The position numbers and the translations under genes were made by a program. Shown here piece after piece: positions 47,621-62,160 of a DNA stretch of 64,000 bases. The first letter of the stretch is position 1. Every line of letters starts with the position of its first letter. Source of the DNA: Camelus dromedarius (lineage: Eukaryota). The DNA is taken from the NCBI RefSeq assembly GCF_036321535.1, contig NC_087447.1, positions 41,604,001-41,668,000 on the forward strand. The letters are read 5' to 3'. The notes under the pieces were generated by a model. The model searched no databases. It was not told where the DNA came from and was given only the letters and a program-made list of their open reading frames with translations.

Positions 47621-49810
47621 GTCAGAAACGATGACACCATGGCTACTCAGTTTCAAGAGTTCACGTTCAAAGAGGCTAGAGGGCCCCAGCCCCTTTAGCT
47701 CTTACCACACGCCCTCTGTTCTCATCCATTACTGGAATGGGCAGACTCCTTCCAGTTTCAGCTCCTGCTCTCTGGTTGACCCTCCATGCTTCTATCATGT
47801 CTGATGTTTTCTCATAATGTCTCAGGTCCATCAGATCCTTGTTGCCTGCCTCTACTTTCTCCCACATAGATGCCCCAACACTTCGTGCTTGTTGGTGTTT
47901 ATATTTTGTTACCTAGTTTTGTTGTAAATGTTGACCCTAGGACTTTCATTTTTTTTTAACTAGTCTGTTTTTTATGTGGTGATTCAAAAAGATTCAAAAT
48001 CTGTGCTACCCTGCCCCCGCCATCTTCTCACAATTCCAATATGCATCACCTTTTAAATCAGAGCAAGGGTAAGAAATATTAGATATTCTGAAGTAACTTT
48101 TACATTCCTTTTGGAATTTAACCACAGCAATAGGAACTTAGAATAAATTGGTTGAGACAAAGAACACCCAAGACACTTGCACTAATGATGTATGTAGCAT
48201 TTTGTATTCTCCTTTTTTATGAAATAATTTAGTATGTGTTTTTCATGTTTGGTACATAATTTTTATAGTGGTCTTTTTAATGCTTTCAGAATATTCCACT
48301 GAGTAGGGCTACCAGAATTTACTCAGCCTGTCCCTTATTGTTGGACTCATGGGTCGTTCCAATTTTGCTGCTGCCTCAGATGATGTTATCATAAATACAT
48401 TTGTGCACTTAGCTTTTTGTTTTTGTTGAATTATTTCATTATGAAAGAATCCCAGGAGTGGGATTATGGGGTCAAGGGTAGGAACATCTCCCTGGCTCTG
48501 GCAATTTATAATTTGAAAATATGTTTTGAGAATTATTTTTCTCATTAAAGGGGAAAGGTTAAGACTCAGTTGTTGATGGTAAGGATCACATGAAGGAAAT
48601 AGGACAATTTTCCAGGATCACTTCTAGTCTATCCTTTCCCCTAGCTGTCAGTCTTTCCTGTTTATTTTATTCAACGTGCATTTTTCATTGACATAACCAA
48701 CATTTATCAAGGGCCTACTACGTGACAGACACTGATGCCTCTCCCCAACACTAGAGTGAACTCACAAGTGTGTGTAGTGTTCTGCTCAAGGGCTGATCCA
48801 ACAAACATGATAGAAAGGGGCCCAGTCCAGGTGTCCACTGATCATATTCTCTGACAGCATGAAGGGTACTGCGGCCTGTCCTCACCTGACCCCTCCTAAA
48901 TGTCTGAGACTGCTCAAGGAACCCTAGAATCTTTTCCCTGGAGAGCTCTGGTATCAACAATCCATCCTCCCCCATAGTCAGGCTTAGCCCCAATCTAGAG
49001 CAGCCTTGAGTAGAAAAAGTTGGACCCAAAGTGATAAAATTGTGGAATAATCTTATTATTTTTATCCCCTAAAAGCTGTTAGGCTAGAAATAACCCCCAA
49101 GGTCTCCTAGCCACAACCTGATAGCTATATTGATTCAGTTCATACACCTGACTTTCAGCCTCAGTTTCACTGTTTTTCCACTGCCACCTAAAAACAAGTC
49201 TTGCCCTGAACTCAAGTCCCCTTGGCTTGGATTCTGGTTGTGGTTCTGAGTCCCTGTGTACCCTGGCCAGAATCCTTTCACAGAGGGGCTGGACCCTGCT
49301 CCACAACTCCCAGCCACTGGTTGAGTATGTGTGTTTAACGGCCTGAGTATTGAAAACCAAGATTCTGCACCTATCTCTACGCTCCATGGCTGCAGACAAA
49401 CACTTGGTGGAGCCCTGTGGTCACAAGCCCTGACCCAAACCTAACCTGAATTCACACTTTTACAGCCCCTGCCAAGTCCAGTGGACTCCAGAGACCCATC
49501 CCACTTCGTCCCTGTGCTGAGGAGCCTGTATAACTGGTCTCCAAGCCTGCTGAGTTAATCATCGTCTTCCCAACAATGTTTTACAGGTGAGGAATCTAAG
49601 GGCCTGAGAGTGAAAGTGACTTTGCAAAAGTCAAATAGCAATTTTGTATCGGATCTAGGCCCAGAGCCCAAGGTTCCTCACTCCTAAGAGGAAATGAGTA
49701 CATGGAATACCAGAGAAGAAATTTAGGAATAGATTCCAAAGCAAAAGTCCAACTACAAGTCCTGAGAACCCAAGGGTGGGGAAGGAGAGACAGCAAAATA
49801 GTGGTGTGAA

Positions 49811-50002
49811 TAGATAAGGAACAAGGACCTACTGTGTAGCTCAGGGAACTATATTCAATTTCTTGTACTGACTTATAATAGAAAAGAATCTGAAAAGAAA
49901 ATATATAGAGATATGTATATATAAATAACTGAATCGCTTTGCAGTACACCTGAAATTAACACTGTAAATCAACTACATTTCAATTAAAAAATAAAAATTT
50001 TA
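49811..50002 (+). mobile_element. Short L1 3' end
   Basis: 'aacaaggacctactgtgtagctcagggaac...'; TSD aaaatag(t/a)ggt(g/a)tgaa. Confidence 0.85.
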
Positions 50003-50552
50003 AAAATAGAGGTATGAAGTCAGGAACATATGAGCAGCAAAGTTGAATTTACGTGCAGCCCTAGGCCATCAGATTGGATCTAGTTAAATGCCTCTTGCAT
50101 CTCCAGAATATCCCAGTGATCCAGAGCAGATCTGGAGCTATAAGTGCAGGTCAGGTGGCCAATTACATAGGCAAAGGGAAAAGAAAGGGTGAGAAATTGA
50201 GGGAGGACATAGGGGCTAGGAACTGCAGATGCTCAGGTGGCCCACATATCAGCTGGGACCTCCTTGCAATATTTGTTCAAAATACACACTACCAGGGCCT
50301 CAGGAAGTCCAGAGCTTTCTCTAGGGTTTCTATAAATGCTCAGGACAGAGATTCTCATGTCCTGCTTTCTCAGGGTAATGTTCTTTGAGTATAATCTTTG
50401 TTTAGCACCATATCAATCTAGGCACAAAATTTATACCTTTCATGGAAAAAATTTCATATACACCATATATAAGATTAATATATGCTTGAAATGTTGAGGG
50501 GGAGGGTTGCAGGGAGTGAGTCCCACCACTCACTGTACAACAGACAACCTAA

Positions 50553-51270
50553 GGTTGGAGATTCCTCAAAAAACTAAAAATAGACTTACCATTTAATCCA
50601 GTAATCCCACTCCTAGGCATATGTCCAGAGGAAATTATAATTCAAAAAGACACATGCACCCCAATGTTCATAGCAACACTATTTACAATAGCCAAGACAT
50701 AAAGCAACCTAAATGTCCACCAACAGAGGACTAGATAAAGAAGTTGTGATATATTTATACAAAGGAATACTACTCAGTCATAAAAAATAATAAAATAATG
50801 TCCTTTGCAGCAACATGAATGGACCTGGAGATCATCATACTAAGTGAAGTAAGCCAAAAAGAGAAAGGAAAATACCATGTGATATTATTCATATGTGTAA
50901 TTTAAAAAGAAAAAAGAAGACACTAATGAATTTATCTACAAAACAGAAAAAGACCCACAAACATAGTAAACAAACTTATGGTTACTGGGGTGGGGGTGGG
51001 GAGGGTGGGAAGGGATAAAATGGGAGTTGGAGATTTGCAAATAATAACTACTTCATATAAAATAGATTAAAAAAACAAATTTCTTCTGTATAGCACAAAG
51101 AACTATATTCAATATCTTGTAATAACCTATCGAATATATGTATGTATGACTGAAACATGCTGTACATCAGAAATTGACACAACACTGTAAGCTGACTATA
51201 CTTCAATTTTTTAAAAAGTAGATAAATGACTGAAGAAGTAATAAATATTTTTAAAAGCTTAAAAAAAAAA
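50553..51270 (+). mobile_element. 5'-truncated camelid-type L1 3' end
   Basis: 'gagattcctcaaaaaactaaaaatagacttacc...gaaattgacacaacactgtaagctgactatacttcaa'; TSD agacaaccta. Confidence 0.9.
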
Positions 51271-52534
51271 GAGACAACCTAGAAATCCTCATTGTCCATT
51301 CCTGCTATCCCCAATCCTTATAGCCATCCCCTTATGATGGTTTTCTCTATTAGTCCAAACACGACACCTTCCCTCGCTGCACCCATCCTCACCTACTCCT
51401 CTGGTTCCTCTGTCTTCCTTCTCCCTTCTCTGTCCTCTGTTCTTTCCTCTCCTTGTCATCTCTCCAATGTCAGAAATAAATTGTTTCCTTATCTCATGCA
51501 GAGGCTGAAGCAGGGGGTGGGTGGGGCATATTCTTGCACCCCTACTGCTTCTTTACCAAATTCTTTTTTCAAACAAAGTCACTTCCTGAAGTGAAAAAAA
51601 AAAGTGAATGAAGGGCTGCAAATGGCAAAATATCCTTCTTTTTTATGGGTGAGTTGTATTCCATTACATACATATGCTGTATCTTCTTTATCCATTCATC
51701 TATTGATGTGTACTTAAGATGCTTCCACATCTTGGCAATCATAAATAATGTTGCTGTTAATAGCAGGGAGTAGGTATCTTTTTGAATTAACTCTTATTTT
51801 GTGGTTGGCTTTATTCATTTGATAACTATGTAAGTTTAAACAGCTAAAGATCTAAATGTTTTTAGAAACAATTAACAGTACATATAGGTAAATCTTTTAA
51901 AATGTGCAATATATTCTATACATGTATTATATGCATTTTATTTTATATGTGTAGTCAAATTGTAACAATTCTACTTAATGAAACTGAAAAATGAAAAAAG
52001 TTCACTTCCCTCCCATAGAGGAATGCAAGTGCCAGATGTTAAAATAATTCTGAATTTTTTCCACTTCAATACACATATATGAATAAAAAGTATGCAGAAT
52101 TCTTCTAATGCATAATTTACTCCTGGACAAGCGTTATGATTGTCCTATTAAAAATGGACTGATAAGAAAGTTTAGAACATCCTGTCTGATTCAGGAGTGT
52201 GCCCTTGGCCATGAGTGTTCTGCTGAATCCCAGAACAGAACCTGGGAAAACCTGATTTGTCCTGGGCCCCTTGTGAAGACAATTTACAAACTGCTGATAT
52301 CAGAAAAGACACCCAAAGCAGGGTGCTTCTTTTTCAAAATGAGCCAAAATTTAGGTAGTGCCTATGGCCACAAATCTCTTTCAAGGTTTTTCAAGCCTAC
52401 ATGGACTCTTAGAGTATTCTCATGTGGGCTGAAATGTGATATCAATCTAGTCACAGAAAATGTGCAATGGTATTTCATATGGTCAAACCAGGTGACCAGG
52501 TAAGCAATAAAGCTTCAAGATAGGTGGTTTGTTC

Positions 52535-53585
52535 CAGTTACTACCTAATGGTGTAAAACAACAATGAATTTATTATCCTCAAAGATTATATGGGTCAGGA
52601 GTTTGGAAAGGGCATTGCAAGGACAGTTTGTATTTGCTCCACAATGTCTGGGACCTCAACTGGGATGTCTGAAAGGCTGAGGGCTTACTCAATGACTGGG
52701 AAGTAGAATTATCTGAAGGCTCTTTCATTCATGTTGGTAACACTGGATCATCTACATGTGGCCTCCCCATCTGGGATTTCTCACAGCATTGTGGTTACAT
52801 TCTGTGGTAAGAGGCCCTAAGATGCTCCCCAGTGATCCCTACCTCTTGGTATTCACAGCCTTGTGTAATCCCAGCCCCCTGAGTAACTTGCTTCTAACCA
52901 GTAAAATATGGTAACATTGAGGGAATGTTTTGTGCACAATTTGGCTACAAAAGACTGTGACTTCTGTCTTGTTATCAGGTTCTCTCTTGCTGGCTTTGAT
53001 GTAGCAAGCTGCCATGTTGAAGAGGACAACATGGCATAGAATTGAGGGTTACCCTGGCCAACAGCCAGTGAGGAACTAAAGACTTCAGACGAATCATCCT
53101 TGAAGAATTAAATCCTACCAACAACCATATAAATGACCTTGGATGTGGATTCTTCTCCATTTGCAACTTCAGATGAGACCCCAGCCCTGGTCAAAACCTT
53201 GACTGTAGCCTTGTGAGTGATTCCCCCAGCAGAGGAGCAAGCCAAGCCATGGTCAAATTCCTTACTCAGAGAAACTGAGATAATAAATAAGTATTATTTT
53301 ATAATGCTAAGTTTTGGGGTGATTTGTTACACAGTAATAGACATCTAATACAGGTTCCAAAAGTAAGCATCCCACAGAATCAGACAGAAATTATATCACT
53401 TTTTATGACCTGGGCTTAGTCAGATAGCATTACTTCTCCCCAAAGTCAGAAGCTTGCTCAGATTCAAGAAGACAGAACAAAGATCCCATCTCTCAAGAGG
53501 GAGAATGTCAAAGTGTCATTACAGGAACAGTATGTGGAAGGAGAGATGGTGTTGTGGCCATCTTTGGAGAATACAACCTGCCACG
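52535..53585. mobile_element. MLT1 LTR (minus) interrupted by a second MLT1 LTR (plus, 52803-53352)
   Basis: Inner element begins tgtggt and ends taataca; host text resumes 'ggttccaaaagtaagcatccc'. Confidence 0.8.
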
Positions 53586-56500
53586 TGGCTCTTTAGCTTT
53601 GTCCCACATCAGAGCCTAGTGTGTTCATGTGTAAATTTTTTTTACTATTTATTTTTTGTTGCTATCTTGAAATTGAGGTTTTGTTTCTGCTCCTCCTGAA
53701 ATGTCTCCTCTGCTTTTAAGAAATGCTTAAAGAGTATCTCAGCACGTCACAAGATGAATGGTAATTGGCTCTCCTACAACCAGGGAGAATTCAGAACCAT
53801 AATTTCCAAGAACGTGACCAACTGTCTGAAGTACAAGCTTCTCTCCCCTTAAGAATGACTCCTAATGAATTACAACACTGCCCTGGCTACATGTTCTGAA
53901 ACATTCCAGCATTGCCCCATACTCAATGCCAGCTGAACAGAAACAGGACAGTGAGGGAGGAGGATGTGATGGGGAGAACCAATGGACACCCAAGCCAGGC
54001 TGACTTCACGGGTGCTTCCAGCACCCAATAGACTCAAAGAACTTCTGAGCAAGAAGGCATCTCAGAGATTGGTCAGTTCACCTTACACTGGTAATGATAG
54101 TAGGAACATTTAGTAAAACCTGACTGTGAAAGCCAGCCCATTACCACTAAGTGAAGTAGATTCTAGTATCCTGATGTAACTCAAATATGTCAGACTTCAC
54201 CAGTTTGTAAGTTCTCGCTTCTACTTAATGCCCCAATCACTACAGTTTAGGCCCCTCCCTCCCACTTGTCTTTAAGAAATCCAGGCTTTTACCAAATTCC
54301 CCTGGGGAGTGCCTACATGGCCCACCCACTTCTCCTGTACTTTCCACCTCAGCCAGCTGCCTGGTCCCACATGGAGGACCTCTGGGTCTGAACATCTGCT
54401 TCCCTTAAGGTATGGCTTTCCTGAGCCCGCTCACTGCTTGGCCCCAGCATAAGCTATGCAGACTGTTCCCCTATTTTCTCATTGTGATAACACAGACTTG
54501 GAGAGAAGAAAAGAGAATTACAACAGAGAGAAACTTAAAACCCAATACTTTGGCCCATGTTGGACTTCTCTACTCCTCTCTGCTGCTGCCATGCGCGAGG
54601 GCCAGCCTTTCTCCCACAGTGGGAAGACTCTTCATTCCCCAAATCCTTGAGATCCGGGTGTAAGAGGCGATTATTTCCCACACTCCAACCTAAGGCCCAT
54701 CTCCTGTGTCTTTATTTCCTACTTCAGGATTGATCTTGTTCCTGGAAGCCAGAGAATTGCAGTGGCCATTTCAGGGAAAACCCTAACATCTAAATATCAG
54801 AACAAGCATTCTGACCATAGAACACCATGAGTATGCTGCCACAGCCCAGACAATCTTGAGCCCCATAAAGCCCAGTTAAGTTCTTTTTCACATTCTCTCC
54901 CTCTATGAGAGTTTATGACGGGGTGATGCAGCCTCTCAGGCATCTTCAGTGTCTCAGCTCCTGAGTTTCTGTGATTGACCAGTTGAAAAATGGCTCATCC
55001 ACTTTCTAAAAGCAATCGTAAACAGACAGATGGCAGTCTAAATACATGCTTAGGAAATAAACAGTGCTCCAAAAGAAACCGTTTTGGAGAGATTAACTCT
55101 GTCTAATATGATGACAACATCTGACACAATTTTCCCAACCATTTTAGGTTCTTGGAGCCACAGAATATCAGACCCTCCCCATTCCATAGTTAGGTCTTTG
55201 CTCTACCTTTGCTTAAAGCCAATAAGAGGCATTTCCTAGACATTTCCTTTTTTAGGAGACACAAATCTGCTTGCGAATTTTAAATCACAGTTCTTTTTCA
55301 GTCTCTCCTTACCAAGAAATCCAAAAATCTTTGGATCCAGTCTCAGCCAAGTTTACCTTTATTGTGCTCACTTTACAGAAGGGGAAACTGAGTTTCCATG
55401 AAATCCAAAAACTTGCCTAAATTATACCATGAGAAAGCAGGAAAACTGAAATTTAGAACACTAATGGCCTGGACACTCTCGTGCTTGCCACTATACTAAG
55501 CCACACGTGGTCTGAAAGGAAATGTTACATATCACAAAAACATGCTGTGTGAAGACCAGCCAAGCAAGCAACAAATGGGTCCCATTCAGCTTGGGATTAT
55601 AAGCAGAACAAACAATAGAGCAGCCTTCAAACTGAACTTCCGTTTCCAGGATGAGAAGGAAACAGAGGGACATGAGTTCTTAGGAGACACCTGCAGGGAG
55701 CAGGCACCCAAGCCAAAGAAAGGGTGTAAAGAGGAGCCTGAAAACACAGGGCTGAAAGGAGGCCGCTACGTTCATTCTTCCATCCCACAAACTTTCACCA
55801 AATTGGTCATTTGGGCTTGGCTTTGTGCTAGGCCACAGGCACATGACAATAAGCAAGTCGGAGTTCCGGCCCTCTTCGGCGTTACAGTCTGGTAGAAGGC
55901 ACACAAGTAAATATAGAACCTGCATCCCGCTGATTCAAATGAAAGGGACATCCTGATTAAACTATCTATGGCAGCCCTGAGAGCATTTGTGCCCAAGGAC
56001 AGTGGGGGACCTGAGCTGGCTGTCATTTCTTTTGTCTACCAACTCCGTTGGACCTAGAGTAGAATCCCCGGGGCCAGCTCTGGCTGGGCACCCGACGAGA
56101 TCGCTCCAGACCTCTGGGCAGCTCAACCCCCTAGTAAGCATTTCACCCTGGAATGCTCCGGCCTTTGAGGTACAATGTGTGACTATGACCATTGCCAACA
56201 GGCAGTGACACAAAGCCACTGGCGTTTTTGGCAAAGGCCAGCCAAGCAAAAGCTTAACTCAAGAGCCTCTTATAGTTTGCATGAAAACAAATTACATCAC
56301 TGCTTACCCAGGAGTCTCTCCACCAGGCTAAAGAGTGTTTTCTTTGGGGAGCGGGCATGCAGGAACTCTGCACAAAGTGAAGTGGCACAGAAGTCTCCAT
56401 ATCTCAGGGCTTTGTCATGCTCTCGATCAGAGCCCTTGGAAAACCCGCTTGGCAGGGAGGCAGACATTCTGAGAAGTCCCTACATGCCAAGCCCTGTGCT

Positions 56501-57480
56501 GTGTTCGGGAGATGCAAGAGGTCAGCTGAGGTAAATAAGCTTTTACTGAGTGACTTCCATGGACCAGGTGCTGGGCCAGAGTATTCACTCACCTTATCTC
56601 GTTCAGTCATAAACTGGCGCATGCTTAACTCCATAGCATCACCCTGGACCCACCCCAAGGCCAGTACTTGACAAATCTACCTCTGCAGCACTATGTACAG
56701 TAATGTAGATTTTACTTCAGATTCTACAGGGACAGAGAAGTGATATTTACATTACAGACCACTAATAAATCTTAACCCAACACCTTCATTGGTCTTCTCC
56801 CCCCACCTCCTCCCCAGTCTCTATAACTTCCCTGTAGCAGAATTCTTCCTCTCTCTTCTCTCCCTGTCTCTCCCATATGCACAGCTTCTTAAAAGCCCCC
56901 TCCACATCTCTCCCTGTCACTTGCCTGACCCTACACACAAAAACCTAATAGCTGAAAGGCAAGATTATCCTGTTATTCCTCAAGTAGGACCCTTGTGAGT
57001 TTCACTTTGTCTCATTCATTGATTTAACAAGTAGTTATCAACTGCCCAGCACTGTTTCAGGTGCAGGGGATTAGAAGTGAATGTGACAGACAAAAATATC
57101 TGCCCTCATAATAGCATCCATAATCCCATAGCAACCCATTTTTATGTACAAGAAAACTAAGTTTAAGGTCATCGATCCCACAGAGTCAGACACATGGAGC
57201 CCAGGGAAAAAAATGCAGCCCAGAAAAAGTAGCTCACATGACCTGTGCAGGGTTTCAGGGGCCCAGCCAGTACCCTGGGGTTTGTGGTGAAACTGGGTGC
57301 CTAGAGCCTGGAAAACTAGGGACAGGTGTCATGTTACAAAATAGCCCTTGAAAACCAGTCAGTTTGGGTTCAAGTTCCAGCTCAGCTACTTGTTTGGATT
57401 AGTTACTTAATTCTCTTTAAGTGTCACCTGTAAAATGGGGATAAAAATTAAATACACCTTATTGACTGTGATATAGCTAT

Positions 57481-57483
<3 letters not shown>

Positions 57484-57512
<29 letters not shown>
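57484..57512. repeat. (CA)n microsatellite
   Basis: Direct observation. Confidence 0.9.
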
Positions 57513-57514
<2 letters not shown>

Positions 57515-57594
57515 TATACAGAGAGGTAGAGATATGGTATCTAGTATATAGTATTTTCTATAAATATTAATTATTATCTGTTTATTTATTTATT

Positions 57595-58138
57595 GGACCA
57601 TGTAGACTCTCGTAACTTAGCCCAGCATCCTTCTTTTCTTCTGGGAACAGACTTTCTCACAATCACCTCCCCACCCATTCCTAACCTTCTGACCAGCCAA
57701 CTCTACCCATGAGGTTTTCATGGAAGCCACCATGTTACTGCAATATGTGACCCCTCCCCCAAACATTGAGCTGGGCTAATCAGAAATCTTCCCCAGGAAA
57801 TTTGCTGCTAGAACAGGAAAGAGATATGCCTCTCTCCAGGGAGCAGAAGCTATTACTACTAGCAGCCATGTTTTCAGCCACATGAACTGAGGAGCAGAGA
57901 TGACCTGTCTGCAATAAGAATACAGAATAAAATTGACACGCAGAGAGAAGCAGAAATGAGATACGGAGAACTGTGCCAGGATTTGAGAGCCTGGTTCCAC
58001 TTTATTTTTCAGGGACAATTGAGGTCTTGTCTTTGAGTTCCAGGAGACAATTCTGTAAGTAAATTTCTTGTTTTTCTCAAGCTGCTTGGATTTGGGGTTC
58101 CATTCTTCACAATTAATAAGAGCTCTAATTAAATACAG
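57595..58138 (+). mobile_element. Old MaLR LTR (MLT1-type)
   Basis: 3' end 'gtaagtaaatttcttgtttttctcaagctgcttggatttgggg...aagagctctaattaaataca'. Confidence 0.65.
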
Positions 58139-58169
58139 GTCTAAATCCAGCAGACTTGGCATTGATACA

Positions 58170-60997
58170 TGAGTCATACAGTCCTCTAAAGCCTCCTCTC
58201 TAGGAAAATGTAATTTCCCCTTAATAGTCAGGATTAAGTATCCCTAGTCAGTTTAGTAATCTTCTTTTCCTGTTGATTTATTGGCATGAGGAGCCCAAAA
58301 TGGCCAGGTGGTAGTCTTTACATCCAGTATCATGGTTCCATTGAGGTATTCCCTGAAGGAAACATTCATCCTTTGGGAAATAAGACTTTCAGACCAGCAG
58401 AGCCTAAAATGATGGCAATAGAAAGATTTCGCTAGTGAACCACTATATATTATAGTAAGAGGAACCACTCCCATTTTCACAACTTGATTCCTGGACCCAT
58501 AAAAATAGGCTATATGAGAAATAGCAGCGTAGGTTGGTCACTAGTTCAGAGGATGTACTACATCCTGGAGAACATTGCCCCAGCTCTGCAAGATGTTTCC
58601 ACCCAGCTGGCACTGTAACTAAGTCTTCAAAAGGTCATGCCACCACTTTATCAGGGCAGCTGCTTCAAGGTGATGGGCAATTTTGCAAGACCAGTGAATT
58701 CCATGAACATGAGCTCATTGCCACATTTCATTTGCAGTGAGTTCCCCACTCAGAAACAATGTTTTGTGAAATACTATGTAAATTACGCATTCTGTAAATC
58801 CCTGGATGGTAGTTTTGGTAGAATTACTGTGAATAGAGAAGGCAAATCTGTATCTAGAGTGTCTATTTCACTGAGAACAAAGTTCTCTTTCTCCCATGAT
58901 GGAAGTGATCTTTTGTAATCAACATTTTACTGATGTGGCTGGTGCTCCCAGGGAATGGTGCCATATTGAATGCTCAGTCTTGGTCTCTGCTATTGGCAGG
59001 TTGAACATTCAGCAGTGGTGACTGGAAATCACTGTTGCTCAGCTCACAAATAACCTCCTTGAATCACTTTGTTTGTTTTCCAGGGGACTAAGATAAGACT
59101 GGTTAAGGAAAGATGCTAACAGATGTCCACAGACATGTCATCTCATCCACCTGCTTATTAAGATCCTCTTCTGATGAGATTTTTGCTTGGTGAGCATGCA
59201 CATGGGACAGAATATCTTAACACTATGTTCCTATTCAGAGAGTTCTATCCACAGACCTCTTTCTTGGACCTGGTCACTAATTTTCTAATCACAATCCTTC
59301 TGTTTTGATCATCTAAGCAAACCATTAGTCACTGTTCCTAAGTCAATATAGAACCATACTTCTGCCCACTGGGAGAGTTTTCCTTCACTCCTACCTTTTG
59401 AAGCCATCCATCATGGCAGGCCTGCAGTGTTACTACCATCCACTTTAGGGTAGCACCAGCATGTTGTACAGACCCATCTTTAAACCAGGCTTGGAATTTT
59501 TCTCCCTCAGCCAACTTATCATAGGGAACTCTCCAAGAGGCCACAGATTCAGGCTGAAAGGGAAGAGGCAATGTGGTAGGAGCATGGGTCATAGGCATCT
59601 GTACCATTTTCTTATACAACTTATTTGTGCCTTCAGAAGTTGCTTGAGCCTGATCTCAGGTATACCACTTCCATTTAATAATGGAATGCTGCTGTGAATG
59701 CCCAATTTTATGGCCTGTAGGATCAGACAACATTCAGTCACGATGAGCAACTTAGGTTGCCTGGTAACTTGGTGACTCGTGGTCAAGCATTCAGTCTCTA
59801 CTAAGGCACATTTACAACCTATAAACTGTTTCTCCAGAGAATACTTGTCTTCAGAAGATGGTAAAACTTTGCTCCAGAATCTTAATAGTCTGGGCTGCGA
59901 TTCTCCTGTGGCAGGCTGCTAAATTATCTGAACAGTGTCCCTTCACTTCACTTCAAGCACCACTGGATGCTGCGTTATACAGCCCAGATGGTAGAGTGGT
60001 TTGCATGACAGTCTGGACCTGAGGAAGAATCTTCTCTCATTTAGGGTCCCACTCAAAACTGGCAGCTTTTTTTTTATTGAAGTATAGTCAGATTTACAAT
60101 GTTGTGTCATTTTCTGGTGTACATCACAATGCTTCAGTCACATAGAAACATACATATATTCATTTTCATATTCTTTTTCCATAAGTTACTACAAGATAAT
60201 TGAATATAGTTCCCTGTGCTATACAGTATAAACTTGTTGTTTATCTATTTTATATATATTCTTTAGTACCTGCAAATCTCGAACTCCCAATTCATCCCTT
60301 CCCACCCGCTTCACCCCCGGTAGCCATAAGTTTGTTTTCTATGTCTATGAGTTTAAAACTGGCAGCTTTTTGAGTTTCTCAGTAAGTTGGTGAGAATTGC
60401 GTGTCCAAATGAGTCACATATTGCCTCCAAAACCAAAAGAGACCCAAGAGGTACTGTATCTCTTTCTTAGTGATGGGAGGGGCCAGATGCAGCAACTTTT
60501 TCTTTACTTTGGAAAGGGTATCTCACTGTGCTCCAGATTATTGGACCTCTAGAAATTTCACCACAATGGCCAGCCCCTGAATTTTTGTGGTGTTTATTTC
60601 CCACCTTGTGCTTACATCTGTGTTTCCAATGTATTGAGAGCAGTCGCTACTTCCTCCTTACCAGGAAGCATGATAGCTTCAGCATGGTATCATCCATCTG
60701 ATGAACCAGGGTGATTCAGAAGGGAAAGGCACTCAAGGTTCCTTGAAGAGGGATTATGACGTGGGGCTAGAGAGCTGATACTCCCTGGGTAGGAGAGTGA
60801 AGGTATATTGTTGGCCCTGCCAAGTGAAAGCAAACTGCTTTTGATGGTCTTTATTAACAAGAATAGAGAAAAGATCATTCACATTAACAGGTGTATACCA
60901 GGTGTGTTCCATTGTTCCAACAATGAAACTACATCTGTAACCACCACCTGGTTACATTTACAATAATTCACTGTCATTTTTCAAGATGCGTCTGTCA
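58170..60997 (-). mobile_element. Decayed ERVL (class III) internal region: RT, RNase H, integrase remnants, dUTPase
   Basis: Minus-strand translations NKDHQKQFAFTWQGQQYTFTLLP (RT), SWRVPYDKLAEGEKFQAWFKDGS (RNase H, ORF 59338-59619) and RLPPGHFGLLMPINQQEKK (dUTPase, 58261-58317); many stops and frameshifts. Confidence 0.9.
60072..60354 (-). mobile_element. Young L1 3' end inserted in ERVL pol
   Basis: Perfect 17-bp TSD aaaactggcagcttttt (60055-60071 / 60355-60371). Confidence 0.92.
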
Positions 60998-61319
60998 TAA
61001 GTTTGGTGTTATTGTATGCATTTACAGATGAAAGGATAAAACCACAAAGATGTTCATAAACTATTAAGGTGAAGAGCCTAGATTTGAATCCAGAGTCTAT
61101 TATGATTTATCACTATCCCATCACAGACTTTATACCATGATAGCTCCAGTTTGGGCCAAGCACTCACCTTTGACCTAAGTCTTGTACGACTACAAGTGAA
61201 TCAGTTATCAGAAATGAAATGCTATTCCCAGAAGACATAGAGGAAGTGCCTAATAAACGTACTGATTACACAATAGGTACTGATTATGCAAACCTTGGTT
61301 CTATCAAGCTGTATCTGTA

Positions 61320-62160
61320 GATCCCTGTGGTAGATGTTTTAGATAATTAACCAGATATGTACAAGTGTGGTTAAGTCAATAATAAGAAAATGGGTTCTGT
61401 AGAACATAGAGGAGGTGCCTGCAGTGCAAGTGTGGGAGTCAAGGGAATTTTTCTGAGAGAATGAGGTACACGAACTGAGAAGGATCAGAAGGACTTAGGT
61501 AGACAAAGGGAGGCAAAGCAAAGGCTGGGGCAAGAAGAAGAAATTAGTAGAGAGGGCAGCAAGCGCCAAGGCCCTGAGATGGCAGAGAACACAGTGGATT
61601 CATTCAGTAAGTCTGGATCTTAGAGATGAGGCTGGAAGGCTAAGCATAGACCAGATCATTAAAGAACATATCAGCTTTGTTAAGGAGTTTGTATTTTATC
61701 CTGAGGATGATAGGGAGTCATTGAAGAGTTTGAAGCAGAGGGACAGCGTGACAGTTTTACATTTTAGAAATATTATTAAAGCTACAGAGTGAAGACAGGA
61801 GAATGAGAAGTTACTACAGTAACTGAGTGAGAAGACAACGGCCTAAACTAGGGTGTAGCAAAGAGGATGGAGAGAAGTGGATAGATTGGAGACACAACTG
61901 ATAGACTGACTGTGAAAGGGAGGAGTCAGGGTTTATGTTCAGAAATCAGGCAGTTGTGTATGAATTATGTATTTCCTCTGTAATAGGGAATAGAGTTGAG
62001 AGGATAAAATGTTATGGAACGTCCAAGTGGTAATGTCTGAAAGGTCATAAGAGTCTGGAGCATAAGCAAAAAAATTTAGACTGAGCTTCAAATGTGGGAA
62101 CCATATGGCAATAACTAGAGCTCAGGAAGAATGTGTAGAGTGAGACAATAAGAGGAAAAT
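61320..62160 (-). mobile_element. L2 fragment
   Basis: 'ccaaggccctgagatgg...taaggagtttgtattttatcctgagg...ggagtcattgaagagtttgaagcagag'. Confidence 0.75.
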
